A stretch of DNA of 64,000 nt, from positions 1-64,000 of the forward strand of contig CAVSQB010000001.1 in assembly GCA_963729895.1 (NCBI GenBank). The letters are read 5' to 3'. Both the position numbers and the translations under genes were made by a program. How positions within the stretch are numbered: position 1 is the stretch's first letter; every line of letters begins with the position of its first letter. This DNA comes from an uncultured Fibrobacterota bacterium. Its GTDB lineage: Bacteria > Fibrobacterota > Chitinivibrionia > Chitinivibrionales > FEN-1185. This document shows positions 1-8,750 of this stretch, piece after piece. Under the pieces are notes generated by a model. The model made no database searches and was not told the origin of the DNA. It saw only the letters and a program-made list of their open reading frames with translations.

Positions 1-179
1 TCCGGCGGTATCGAAGGGCGTCCCATCCGGCTGTACATCGCCTCAAAGTCACGAGAAAGGCGGCGCAGCGCTATGTCCGTAAACTGTTTGACACGACGAA
101 GCGGGTGCGTTGCCGGCACTCGGGAATCCGGAGAAACGAAGCTGAACATACCGCCTTGGGCTGGCTGGGAACCTCTCAT
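1..179 (-). CDS. IS5/IS1182-like transposase, N-terminal part (continues left out of the window; not in the ORF track)
   Basis: Manual translation from ATG at 179 gives MRGSQPAQGGMFSFVSPDSRVPATHPLRRVKQFTDIALRRLSRDFEAMYSRMGRPSIPP, matching the MRG...MFSY...RVPxxHPLR...GRPSIPPE start of DUF772-type transposases. An AAGGAG RBS lies at 185-190 on the minus strand. Confidence 0.9.
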   Translation of the reverse strand, partial: MRGSQPAQGGMFSFVSPDSRVPATHPLRRVKQFTDIALRRLSRDFEAMYSRMGRPSIPP

Positions 180-254
180 CAATACTCCTTGGTTGGGGTT
201 CCCCTATAATATAAGGATAAATGTTTACAAAAGGGAGACTTTTTCAACACCCTG
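1..254 (-). mobile_element. Terminal part of an IS5/IS1182-like insertion sequence
   Basis: Transposase 5' end plus a terminal sequence reading CAGGGTGTTGAAAAAGTC on the minus strand (237-254), abutting CTAG (255-258), a plausible target-site duplication. The other end is outside the window. Confidence 0.75.
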
Positions 255-269
255 CTAGACCCCAAGACG

Positions 270-1964
270 GTGATAGTTCTTCCGTACATAAGGGTATCGA
301 GCGACAAACAGGAGAAATACTCCCCTAAAGCGCAAACGGATCTCCTGCTGAAATTTTGCAATAGTAACGGATACCGATATCTGCCACCTGTGGTCGAAAC
401 CGGCTCCGGTGAATCACTTTCCGCACGGCCAGGGATCAGGAAGTGCTTGGATCTTGCTGATGAGGGGGCATACAACCTATTGCTTGTCGTCGAATGGGAG
501 CGCCTGACTCGTGATGAGACCCTTCAGGACACCATCATCATCAAGAAGATCCTCCGAGACAATGGCGTCAAGGTTGGGACCCCATGGCAAATTTTCGATC
601 TGCGGGACGACGAGGACGATTTTGTATCCGACCTGTTTTCCATTCTCTCAAAGCGGGAGAAAAAGAAACTGCTGAAGCGTTCCCGGCGTGGCCGGCTCAA
701 AGCCAAGCAGAAGGGTCACTTTCTTGGGGAATACCTGCCATACGGCTTCACCGCCGCGGAAAAAAAGCTGTCTGGCGAGGATCGCAAGGTGACTGTAATT
801 GAATTCCATCCTGAAGAAAAGGTTGGGCTTGAAAAAATCGTTGAACTGGCCGAGCAAGGTCTTTGTTCAAGAGAAATCGCTAAGGAGATGACGCGTCTTG
901 GATTCAAGACCAAAACCGGAAGGGAATGTTGGAACAAGGCAACAGTAACCCAATTGCTGCAAAGGACCTGGTTGTACGGGGACGCAGTATTTGGTCGGAA
1001 GAAGACCAAAATAATCGGTGGAAAACGAGAGACCATCCACCATCCGGAGGAAGAATGGGTCCATTATAATGTCCCTGCCCTTATTTCAAAGAGCAGGTGG
1101 GATTCTATCCAGGCAGGGATTGCTAGACGCAGGTTAAGACCCTCTCAGAAAAGGGTGCATAAGTATCTATTTTCTGATATACTGAAATGCGGGAGCTGCA
1201 TAAAACAGACGATAGAGCGCAGTATAAAAAGGGTATGCAACATCGGCGGTCGGAAGGAATGGTACATTCATAAGGCAAGGGACGGAAAAGTCACACGTGA
1301 ACCCCGCTACCCCTATTACTTTTGTCTGAATCGGTCACGTCATGACCCGAACTGGAAATGTGACTTTCCGATGATCCGCTCAACCTTCCTGGATGAAGTA
1401 CTGTGGGAGGAAACAAAACGGATCCTCTCCAGCCCCACCCTCATTTACGATACCCTTGTTTCAAGCAAGCAGGAGATTGAAAACTTAGAACAAGTCCGGG
1501 AACTGGAAGTTGAGAAATTGACACAGCAGCTTAACAAGAAAAAGGAAGAGCATAAGAGGGCGGTAAAGAATTATTTAATTGTAGAGGATGTCAGCCAGGA
1601 GGATTACAAGACTGTCTTAAATGAAATTAAAGAGGAAATTTCCGTATTGAAAAAGGAGATAGACAAGATTCCCAAGGCCCCGGAAAAAAAGGACCTCAAA
1701 GACACCATATCGTTGGGATCAATCCAGCAGACGTGTTCAGCAATCTCCAAAAGTTTTGATGGCTACGACTGGGACATGAAACGGGACTTGGTAAAAAAGG
1801 TATTCGATAATATAATCATTGATTCAGACTGGTCAGTCACGTTGAATGGCAAGATACCCTTGGACGAGGAGGGGCTGCAATCACTAAAAAACTCTGCAGA
1901 GCCATCCACACAGCAGTTGGCTGGCGGGAGAACCTGCGCCAACCCCTCGAGGACGGAAAGGTGA
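270..1964 (+). CDS. Large serine recombinase (integrase): resolvase, recombinase, Zn-ribbon and coiled-coil domains
   Basis: YIRVSS catalytic motif, ETGSG...RPG, ERLTRD, PYGF, LKCGSC...YYFC...C zinc ligands and a long coiled coil. 564 aa; AT-richer than the flanking host genes. Confidence 0.95.
   Translation: MIVLPYIRVSSDKQEKYSPKAQTDLLLKFCNSNGYRYLPPVVETGSGESLSARPGIRKCLDLADEGAYNLLLVVEWERLTRDETLQDTIIIKKILRDNGVKVGTPWQIFDLRDDEDDFVSDLFSILSKREKKKLLKRSRRGRLKAKQKGHFLGEYLPYGFTAAEKKLSGEDRKVTVIEFHPEEKVGLEKIVELAEQGLCSREIAKEMTRLGFKTKTGRECWNKATVTQLLQRTWLYGDAVFGRKKTKIIGGKRETIHHPEEEWVHYNVPALISKSRWDSIQAGIARRRLRPSQKRVHKYLFSDILKCGSCIKQTIERSIKRVCNIGGRKEWYIHKARDGKVTREPRYPYYFCLNRSRHDPNWKCDFPMIRSTFLDEVLWEETKRILSSPTLIYDTLVSSKQEIENLEQVRELEVEKLTQQLNKKKEEHKRAVKNYLIVEDVSQEDYKTVLNEIKEEISVLKKEIDKIPKAPEKKDLKDTISLGSIQQTCSAISKSFDGYDWDMKRDLVKKVFDNIIIDSDWSVTLNGKIPLDEEGLQSLKNSAEPSTQQLAGGRTCANPSRTER
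1905..1945. other. Putative att junction between the element and comM (crossover near 1924-1928)
   Basis: In the comM frame, GAG AAC CTG CGC CAA CCC CTC GAG GAC GGA ([10 protein letters not shown]) begins at 1928. The preceding codons (HTAVGWR) do not resemble the expected ComM Walker B region FLDELPEF...VL. Confidence 0.7.
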
Positions 1965-2521
1965 CGATCTCGCGCGCAGCGACGTCGCTGTGTTATCCCG
2001 CGCGTTTCATGCTGGCCGCGGCGCTCAATCCTTGCCCCTGCGGCTATTACACCGATCCACGCAACAAGTGCACCTGTTCCCCGCAGCAGATCCAGAAATA
2101 CATGTCCCGGATATCAGGGCCGCTTCTTGACAGAATAGACATCCACGTGGAGGTCCCGGCATTATCGTACGAAGAACTGGCGCAGAAGAAACCCGGAGAA
2201 GATTCCGCGTCGATGCGGCGAAAAGTGGCTGCGGCCCGCCTGAGGCAGACTTCACGGTTTGCAGGAGAGAAGAAAATCTTTTGCAACGCGCACATGGAGT
2301 CGCGGCATGTGCGGAAATACTGCGAACTCGCGGCGGATTCCCAGAGCATGCTCAAGACCGCCATCGAAAAGCTCGGGCTTTCCGCACGCGCGTACGACCG
2401 CATCCTCAAGGTGGCGCGCACCATTGCAGACCTCGACGAAAAGGATTCCATCGCGTCTTCGCACATAGCGGAAGCCATCCAGTACCGCAGTCTCGACAGG
2501 AAGTTGTGGATCGGAGGATAA
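1928..2521 (+). pseudogene. comM: 3' half of comM/yifB (Mg-chelatase-like AAA+ ATPase), interrupted
   Basis: [17 protein letters not shown]...[17 protein letters not shown]...[11 protein letters not shown]...[19 protein letters not shown]...HIAEAIQYR. The N-terminal half with Walker A/B is missing. Confidence 0.92.
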
Positions 2522-2962
2522 CCGAGCGACGGCTATTCGGTGAGAAACTGATCATTCGGTGTTCCGTGAGAGTAATCATTGGACCGGTGCGTTCCGGCCT
2601 CCAAAGGTCCGGCCGATAACCGTACCGTTGTCCCTCCTAAAGAGTCTGGGACAGGCTTCGGCACGGAATTGAAGGCCCCATTTTCCAGGGATCGTTTGGG
2701 AAGCCCCCACAAGATGTAGTGTACCCCAGGCCGGCCATATCATTCTGTTGTGGATTCCTTGTTTACGCAACGCGCCGGGCGCCGACGCCCCCATCTCCCT
2801 ATGAAAAGAATTGATTTGTGGCAACCAATGCTTGACGCAATGGCAAGCATGCGGGTCGGTGCCCCGCTGCTTTTCAAACGCGATTCCTGAAATTGCCGCT
2901 TGTCCCGAGGGCAAATAGTGCAAATACCCTCGGAGCCGGTGGAAAAATTAAAACAAAAATGT

Positions 2963-2991
2963 TTGACTCCTCGCCCGAAAAATAGTATTAA
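2963..2991 (+). promoter_or_regulatory. Sigma70-type promoter candidate for the SWIB gene
   Basis: TTGACT-N17-TATTAA, about 55 bp upstream of an AAGGAGG RBS and ATG. Confidence 0.5.
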
Positions 2992-3044
2992 TAGAGTAGC
3001 CTTTATGGCCTGTTTCTCATCACCACTTTCAAGGAGGTCTACAG

Positions 3045-3332
3045 ATGGCAGCCAAGAAAAAGGCAGCAAAGAAGAGTGCCCGCAAACCGAACGCCGCGTT
3101 CATGAAGCCCATGACGCCCGATGCCGCTCTCGCCGAAGTTATCGGAAACAAGGCAATGCCTCGTACCGAGATCACCAAGAAGCTTTGGGCCTACATCAAG
3201 AAAAACGGCCTTCAGGACAAGGTGAACAGGAGAAACATCAATGCCGATGATAAACTGAAGGCAGTGTTCGGCGGCAAGAAGACGGTTAGCATGTTTGAGA
3301 TGACCAAGCTTGTCTCCAAGCATTTTGACTGA
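3045..3332 (+). CDS. SWIB/MDM2 domain protein with Lys/Ala-rich N-terminus
   Basis: FMKPMTP...LAEVIG...PRTEITKKLWAYIKKNGLQD...INADDKLKAVFGG...MFEMTKLVSKH; strong RBS. Confidence 0.92.
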   Translation: MAAKKKAAKKSARKPNAAFMKPMTPDAALAEVIGNKAMPRTEITKKLWAYIKKNGLQDKVNRRNINADDKLKAVFGGKKTVSMFEMTKLVSKHFD

Positions 3333-3357
3333 TCTGCCTTTTTGCGTAGACTGCAAG

Positions 3358-3388
3358 CCCCGGCGTATTATAGCCGGGGTTTTTTTTT
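3358..3388 (+). terminator. Rho-independent terminator
   Basis: CCCCGGC-loop-GCCGGGG followed by a run of T. Confidence 0.85.
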
Positions 3389-3644
3389 GATAGGAGGGCC
3401 GGAGTCAAGAAAATGAGCGCACGCCTGGGCAAATTGTTATATTATATCTGATATGTGATTTCGCTGAACCGATTAAACGGCGAATGTTCCCATTCCGCAC
3501 CTATTGTATTGCATAGGCATTTATTGAAGAAACCCATCCGCGGTGGGGCGGGGTTTCTTCGGTACAGACTCTTTAACTCTTGATCTTGAATTAGTTACAG
3601 GGGGGCTTCATATTTCACTTCAACAGGAAGGGGAACCGCAGGGT

Positions 3645-5243
3645 ATGAAACCGACGATTTTTTCTTTATCGTCAGCGGGAAAATTATTGACGTTCTGTCT
3701 TGCATTGATGATCGTTTTTGGGGCTTTCTCCACATCGAATGCGCTGGGAAGAAGGCAGCTCCACTGCGGTGCCGGTGGAAACATACTTGATGAAAACAAC
3801 AATGTTATCACCTTGAAAGGCTTCGGGCTGGGAGACTGGCTGATGACCGAAGGATACATGTGGGGAATCACGAGCACAAACTACAATGCGCCTCGAACAA
3901 TGGAAGCCGGCATAGACACTCTCGTGCAAGATACCAATGTCGCAAATCAGTTTTGGCAGCTTTATCACAACAATTACACCACGGGAAAAGATTTCTGCGC
4001 CATGAAAGCCTGGGGGTGCAATGCCGTCCGTGTCGGATTCAACTCAAATCTCATACAGCCGCGAAGCGGGCAGCCGGCCAATCCTCCCTACAATTACAAT
4101 CCCGAAGGTTGGAGGCTGATGGACAGCGTCGTATCCTATTGCACTGCAAATCAGCTGTGGCTCATCTGGGACATGCATGGAGCGCCCGGCGGCCAGAGCG
4201 CAGACAATATTGCCGACGCGGACGGGACGGCGAGATTGTGGACACAACCCACAATATATCAGCCCAGAGCAATAGATTTGTGGATGAAGATAGTTCAGAG
4301 GTATGCCGATAACGATTGGGTAATCGGCTATAACCTTCTCAACGAACCCTTGCTCAACACCTACGGGATCGATAGAATCAACTTGAGAAATTTCTATGTT
4401 CAATTGACCGACTCGATACGGACGGTGGACAACAAGGGCCTGCTTTTTATCGACGGGGACAACTACGCTCAGAATTTCACCGATCTCACCCCGCCGTGGG
4501 ATCCGCAGGTTGTATACGATTTTCATTGCTATCCGCCATGCTGTTCCTATTTCGGTCTTGATGCCGACGCCACGCAATACGGTACTCCGTTCTGGCACGG
4601 CGAGACCGGAGAATCCAATGCTACGGACCCGTACACCAGTTATACCACTTGCGTCACCCAGCTTGAAAAGCACAATCCTCCAATCGGCTGGTCGTGGTGG
4701 ACCATCAAGAAATTCAATAACGTCACACAACCCTTTAGCGTCTTGAGGACTCCAGGATTCCAAACCATCATAACCTATTGGAACAACAACGGCACAGGCA
4801 CAAGACCTTCGCCCGACAGCGCAAAGAAGTGGCTTCTTGACATGGCGGTAAGGACCAATACCGACAGCACCAAGAACGTCACCTACCTGCCGGACCTTGT
4901 AATGTCACTTTTGCTCAACCAGAACGGCACGTGTGTTGTGTCCACGCAATACCACGAAAGCCTAAAGCCCATGGGACTTGCACTGAACCAGCGAGTAGTT
5001 CCCAATTCCGAAGTCGTCATATCCTTCACGCTGCCTGCCTCCGCTCCCGTGCAGATCGGCATTTTTGACCTCGGAGGAAGGCTTCAAAAAACGCTTGCAA
5101 GCCAGGCGATGGCCGCGGGGAAACACTCCGTGGCATGGGACCGCACAGACCTGTCGGGCAAGAAGGTGGCCAGCGGCGTCTACATGTACAGGTTTACGAT
5201 GGGTGACCAACAGATGTCAAAGCATTTCGTGCTTGCCAAGTAG
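3645..5243 (+). CDS. Secreted glycoside hydrolase family 5 with C-terminal FlgD/T9SS-like sorting domain
   Basis: Signal peptide; LKGFGLGDWLMTEGYM, WDMHGAPGGQ, LLNEP (acid/base), HGETGE (nucleophile); tail IFDLGGRLQKTL...WD...SGVYMYR. Confidence 0.88.
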   Translation: MKPTIFSLSSAGKLLTFCLALMIVFGAFSTSNALGRRQLHCGAGGNILDENNNVITLKGFGLGDWLMTEGYMWGITSTNYNAPRTMEAGIDTLVQDTNVANQFWQLYHNNYTTGKDFCAMKAWGCNAVRVGFNSNLIQPRSGQPANPPYNYNPEGWRLMDSVVSYCTANQLWLIWDMHGAPGGQSADNIADADGTARLWTQPTIYQPRAIDLWMKIVQRYADNDWVIGYNLLNEPLLNTYGIDRINLRNFYVQLTDSIRTVDNKGLLFIDGDNYAQNFTDLTPPWDPQVVYDFHCYPPCCSYFGLDADATQYGTPFWHGETGESNATDPYTSYTTCVTQLEKHNPPIGWSWWTIKKFNNVTQPFSVLRTPGFQTIITYWNNNGTGTRPSPDSAKKWLLDMAVRTNTDSTKNVTYLPDLVMSLLLNQNGTCVVSTQYHESLKPMGLALNQRVVPNSEVVISFTLPASAPVQIGIFDLGGRLQKTLASQAMAAGKHSVAWDRTDLSGKKVASGVYMYRFTMGDQQMSKHFVLAK

Positions 5244-5268
5244 CTTCTTCCGGCAGAGTGGAAAATCA

Positions 5269-5301
5269 AAACGGGCGGATACGGTTCCGCCCGTTTCTTT
5301 T
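5269..5301 (+). terminator. Rho-independent terminator
   Basis: AAACGGGCGGA / TCCGCCCGTTT stem followed by CTTTT. Confidence 0.7.
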
Positions 5302-5396
5302 CGATGAAGCATCGCCGTTCCCCCAAAATCCATTTTCGAAACGTATATTTATTCATTAACCGTATCGCCCGAAACGACCCGATACCAGGAGACCGC

Positions 5397-6290
5397 ATGC
5401 AGAAGAACATCCCGGTGCTATTTGTCCAGGAGCGCTCGCTCGCCGAAGCGTACGAAAAGGCGCTTGTCACGCTGTATACGCACGGTACACGCCTGAGGAC
5501 CCAATACGACAAGCCCGGCGCACCCCTGTCCATCGACGCAACCATGAACCTTACCATTATGGAACCGATGAGCGACCCGATGATTCACAAGGCGTTCCCG
5601 GGCGGCATCGACGACCTCAAGGAATACGCCATGGAGATATGCGGGGCAAAGGACCATTGGGTGAAGAACATCAACGATACCGCGGACACGCGCTGGGAAT
5701 ACACCTATCATGGCCGCCTGATAGCCTACGGTGCGTGGCGGGAACTGCGGGGCGGCGCTTCAACCGAGGCTGGATTCTTTAAAATCAACCAAATCGAAAA
5801 AGTCATAGACAAACTCTCGGCCCAACCCTTCACGCGCCAGGCGCAGATGATCACCTGGATGCCCAATCTCGACTTTGACTGCTACGATCCCCCGTGCCTG
5901 CAGTCGCTGTGGTACCGGATCATGGAAGATGAAACCGGCGTCCAGTGGCTCAACTGCAATGTACGTTTCCGGTCGAATGACGCGTGGGGCGCGAATTTCA
6001 TGAACATGTTCGGATTCACCCTGTTCAACCGCGACGTGATCGCGGCGGGCGTGGCCGGACGCACGGGCAAGACCGTCAAGCTGGGCCGCATGAACTGGCA
6101 CGCCGACTCGTGGCACATCTACGGAAAAGACATCGAGAACGCGAAGCAGCAGCTGTTCGATAGACTGGATTCCATGAGCTTCGAGGAACGGACGTACAAT
6201 TTTCACGACCCCTTTATCCAGGAGATGTTCAATGAGGCTGAAGCGAGGATTGTGGAGAAGATTAGAGAGTATGATGATAGTCATAAGTAA
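5397..6290 (+). CDS. thyA: Thymidylate synthase family protein (archaeal-type ThyA-like)
   Basis: YTYHGRL, QIEKVIDKL...TRQA, PPCLQ (catalytic Cys), FRSND...N, HIY motifs; AGGAG RBS before ATG 5397. Confidence 0.78.
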   Translation: MQKNIPVLFVQERSLAEAYEKALVTLYTHGTRLRTQYDKPGAPLSIDATMNLTIMEPMSDPMIHKAFPGGIDDLKEYAMEICGAKDHWVKNINDTADTRWEYTYHGRLIAYGAWRELRGGASTEAGFFKINQIEKVIDKLSAQPFTRQAQMITWMPNLDFDCYDPPCLQSLWYRIMEDETGVQWLNCNVRFRSNDAWGANFMNMFGFTLFNRDVIAAGVAGRTGKTVKLGRMNWHADSWHIYGKDIENAKQQLFDRLDSMSFEERTYNFHDPFIQEMFNEAEARIVEKIREYDDSHK

Positions 6291-6489
6291 AAAGTAATGA
6301 TTATTTGGAAGTTCAAAGTTGACAGTTGAAAGTGAACTGATTGTTAAGAAAGGTCCAAAGGGGGTCTTTCAGGTTTTGCGTTAGGTGGACCGGAGGGTGC
6401 GCAAGAGCGCAGGGCCGCCTGACCCTTCGCCGCAGGCGACTTAGGGCAGGCGGCACCGAGGCCTCTGGCCGAGCCCGCAGGGAGACCGA

Positions 6490-6535
6490 CCCGCCAATGT
6501 AGAGACGTAGCGCGCTACGTCTCTACATTGGCGGG
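6490..6535. repeat. Perfect 46-bp palindrome with a GTAG-type REP-like core
   Basis: CCCGCCAATGTAGAGACGTAGCG followed directly by its reverse complement CGCTACGTCTCTACATTGGCGGG. Confidence 0.9.
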
Positions 6536-6572
6536 GAACGCCCAACTTCTTTTAACGAAATATGATTTGCAA

Positions 6573-6995
6573 ATGAAACAAGCATTATTCGAAAACCTCA
6601 CGGGCCATTTTCTTGACGGAACGCCAATCGAGAGCGTGCCTTCGGCGACGCGCGGCATCATGTCGATCATGGACCACCTCAACCGGCTGTTTAACACGCG
6701 CGAAGGCAGCCTGTCGCACCTCAAGGACTACGGCCTGCCCGACATTTCGGAAATCTACCGCAAGATGCCGCACGGCATCGAGGAACTGCAGAAGGCGATA
6801 AAGCGTACGGTGGAAAAATACGAGCCGAGGCTCAAGAAAGTGAAAGTCACACCGCGCGAGACCGACCCCAAAGACTTCAGGCTCGTGTTCATCCTGTCGG
6901 CGGAGCTTTCCGAAGGCGGGGGTTTGGTGAGGTTCCAGACAACCTTCACGAGCATGGGCAATTCGTCCATTTCGCCCTGGAAGAAACCGGAGTGA
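6573..6995 (+). CDS. tssE: Type VI secretion baseplate subunit TssE (gp25-like)
   Basis: SIMDHLNRLFNTREGS...DYGLPD...IKRTVEKYEPRL, directly upstream of tssF. Confidence 0.9.
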   Translation: MKQALFENLTGHFLDGTPIESVPSATRGIMSIMDHLNRLFNTREGSLSHLKDYGLPDISEIYRKMPHGIEELQKAIKRTVEKYEPRLKKVKVTPRETDPKDFRLVFILSAELSEGGGLVRFQTTFTSMGNSSISPWKKPE

Positions 6996-6998
6996 CCG

Positions 6999-8750
6999 AT
7001 GATTGAAAAGTATTACGAGGAAGAACTTCGCTACCTGTACGAATCGGGAAGGGAATTCGCCAAAGCGCATCCGGACCGGGCGCAATTCCTCAACGTTGAC
7101 GCGGTGGGAGACCGCGATCCGTACGTGGAGCGGCTGTTTGAGGGCTTCGCGTTCCTCGCCGCCCGCATCCGAGAGAAGCTCGACGATTCCTTTCCCGAGC
7201 TCACGGAGGGCCTGTTCAACCTAATGTGGCCCGGCCTGCTGCAGGAAATCCCGTCTGTCGCAATTGTCCAGTTCCGGGCGAGGACCGGCCTGTTGCAGGA
7301 GACGCGCGTGCTGCCCCGCGGGTCCGAACTGCTGAGCGGCAGCGTGGGATCGGAGGGCGCCGTCTGCCGCTTTACCACCACCACCGACGTGCGGCTCAAC
7401 CCGGTGTCGCTTGCCGCGGTCCAAAAGACCGTTGACACAAAAGGAAGAGCAACGCTTGCGCTTCGGTTCGAGCTTGATCCCGGGGTCCAGCTCTCCAAGC
7501 TGACCATGTCCCCGCTGCGTCTGTATTTGCACGCTGAAATGCCCGTCGCCCTCATGCTCCATGAGTTTCTCACGCGCCGGGTCGCGGCGGCGCGCATCGT
7601 GGCGGGCGACAACGCCGCCTCCTGCGAGGTCGATGCCGCAGGTGCGGTTTCCCCGTGCGGCCTTTTGGACGCGGAATCGATTGTGCCTCGGTCGTCCCGG
7701 ACGTTTTCCGGGTATTCGCTGCTGCTGGAATATTTTGTATATCCCGAAAAATTCCTGTTTGTTGACCTTCACGGGTTTGAAGGCCTTCCGTTTATGGAGA
7801 AGTCCCCAAAGGCCCTCACGTATAGCATCACCTTTGAGGGGGATTTCCCGCCGGACAGGCCCTTTTCAAAAGAGAACTTCCGCCTATTCTGCTCGCCCGC
7901 CGCCAACATTTTCAAGAAGGACGCGGAACCGGTCTCGGTAAGCGGCCTCGAAACCGAATACCGCGTTATCGCGGATGCCAATTATCCTTCATCGTTTCAT
8001 TGCCACAGCATCGTCTCTGTCGAGGGTATAGAGCGCGCAACCGGCAAGCGCTCCACCTATGAATCCCTCTACGCCTTCAACATGGGCGGAGCCCGGAGGC
8101 AGCGGACGTTTGCGACGCAGTACCGGTACTCGCCGGGCGGCAGGCGCGAGCTGTATATCACGCTTGGCGGAGGCCGGCTTGGCAGCGAAGGCGACATACG
8201 CGAAGAGAATCTTTCCATAGAGGCATGGTGCACAAACGGCATCATTCCCCGGGAAGAAATACGGGAGGGCGGGATCACCAATCCCGGCACGGGATTCCCC
8301 GACTATGTCTCATTTACAAATATTACCCGGCCCACGCTTCCTGCGATGCCGCCGAAAAACGACGACTATCTGTGGATGTGCATTTCCCACCTCGGCTCCA
8401 CCTACACCACGCTTTCGTCGCCCGATTCGCTTAAGGCGCTGCTGCATCTGTACGATTGGTCTAATGCCGAGGCGCGGGCACGGCGAATCGAGGCGATAAC
8501 CGACGTATCATCGCAGCCTTTGGAGCGTATCGTCAACGGCTCGGCGCTTCGCGGCGTGGAATTCACCGTGTCGCTTGTGGAATCGCAGTTCCTCGACATC
8601 GGGGACGTGCACCTGTTCGGCCAGGTGCTCAAGGAATTCCTTTCGCAGTATGTGTCCATCAACACATTTCTGGACCTGGTATTCGTGCTCAAACCGTCTG
8701 GCGCCACCATCAGGTGGGAATCGCTGAAGGGCACAAAGTGGCTGATCTGA
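6999..8750 (+). CDS. tssF: Type VI secretion baseplate subunit TssF
   Basis: YYEEELRYL...EFAKAHP...DPYVERLFEGFAFLAARIREKLDDSFPELT, GYSLLLEYFVYPEKFLF, YVSINTF. Confidence 0.95.
   Translation: MIEKYYEEELRYLYESGREFAKAHPDRAQFLNVDAVGDRDPYVERLFEGFAFLAARIREKLDDSFPELTEGLFNLMWPGLLQEIPSVAIVQFRARTGLLQETRVLPRGSELLSGSVGSEGAVCRFTTTTDVRLNPVSLAAVQKTVDTKGRATLALRFELDPGVQLSKLTMSPLRLYLHAEMPVALMLHEFLTRRVAAARIVAGDNAASCEVDAAGAVSPCGLLDAESIVPRSSRTFSGYSLLLEYFVYPEKFLFVDLHGFEGLPFMEKSPKALTYSITFEGDFPPDRPFSKENFRLFCSPAANIFKKDAEPVSVSGLETEYRVIADANYPSSFHCHSIVSVEGIERATGKRSTYESLYAFNMGGARRQRTFATQYRYSPGGRRELYITLGGGRLGSEGDIREENLSIEAWCTNGIIPREEIREGGITNPGTGFPDYVSFTNITRPTLPAMPPKNDDYLWMCISHLGSTYTTLSSPDSLKALLHLYDWSNAEARARRIEAITDVSSQPLERIVNGSALRGVEFTVSLVESQFLDIGDVHLFGQVLKEFLSQYVSINTFLDLVFVLKPSGATIRWESLKGTKWLI

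Larger units (their letters stand above)
1..1927. mobile_element. Right end of an integrative element inserted in comM
   Basis: Integrase at the element boundary; comM homology starts abruptly at about 1928; base composition shifts across the junction. Confidence 0.8.

Noticed and set aside
73..258. 61-aa plus-strand ORF at the window start
   Set aside because: It is antisense to the transposase 5' end and IS terminus, which explain the sequence better.
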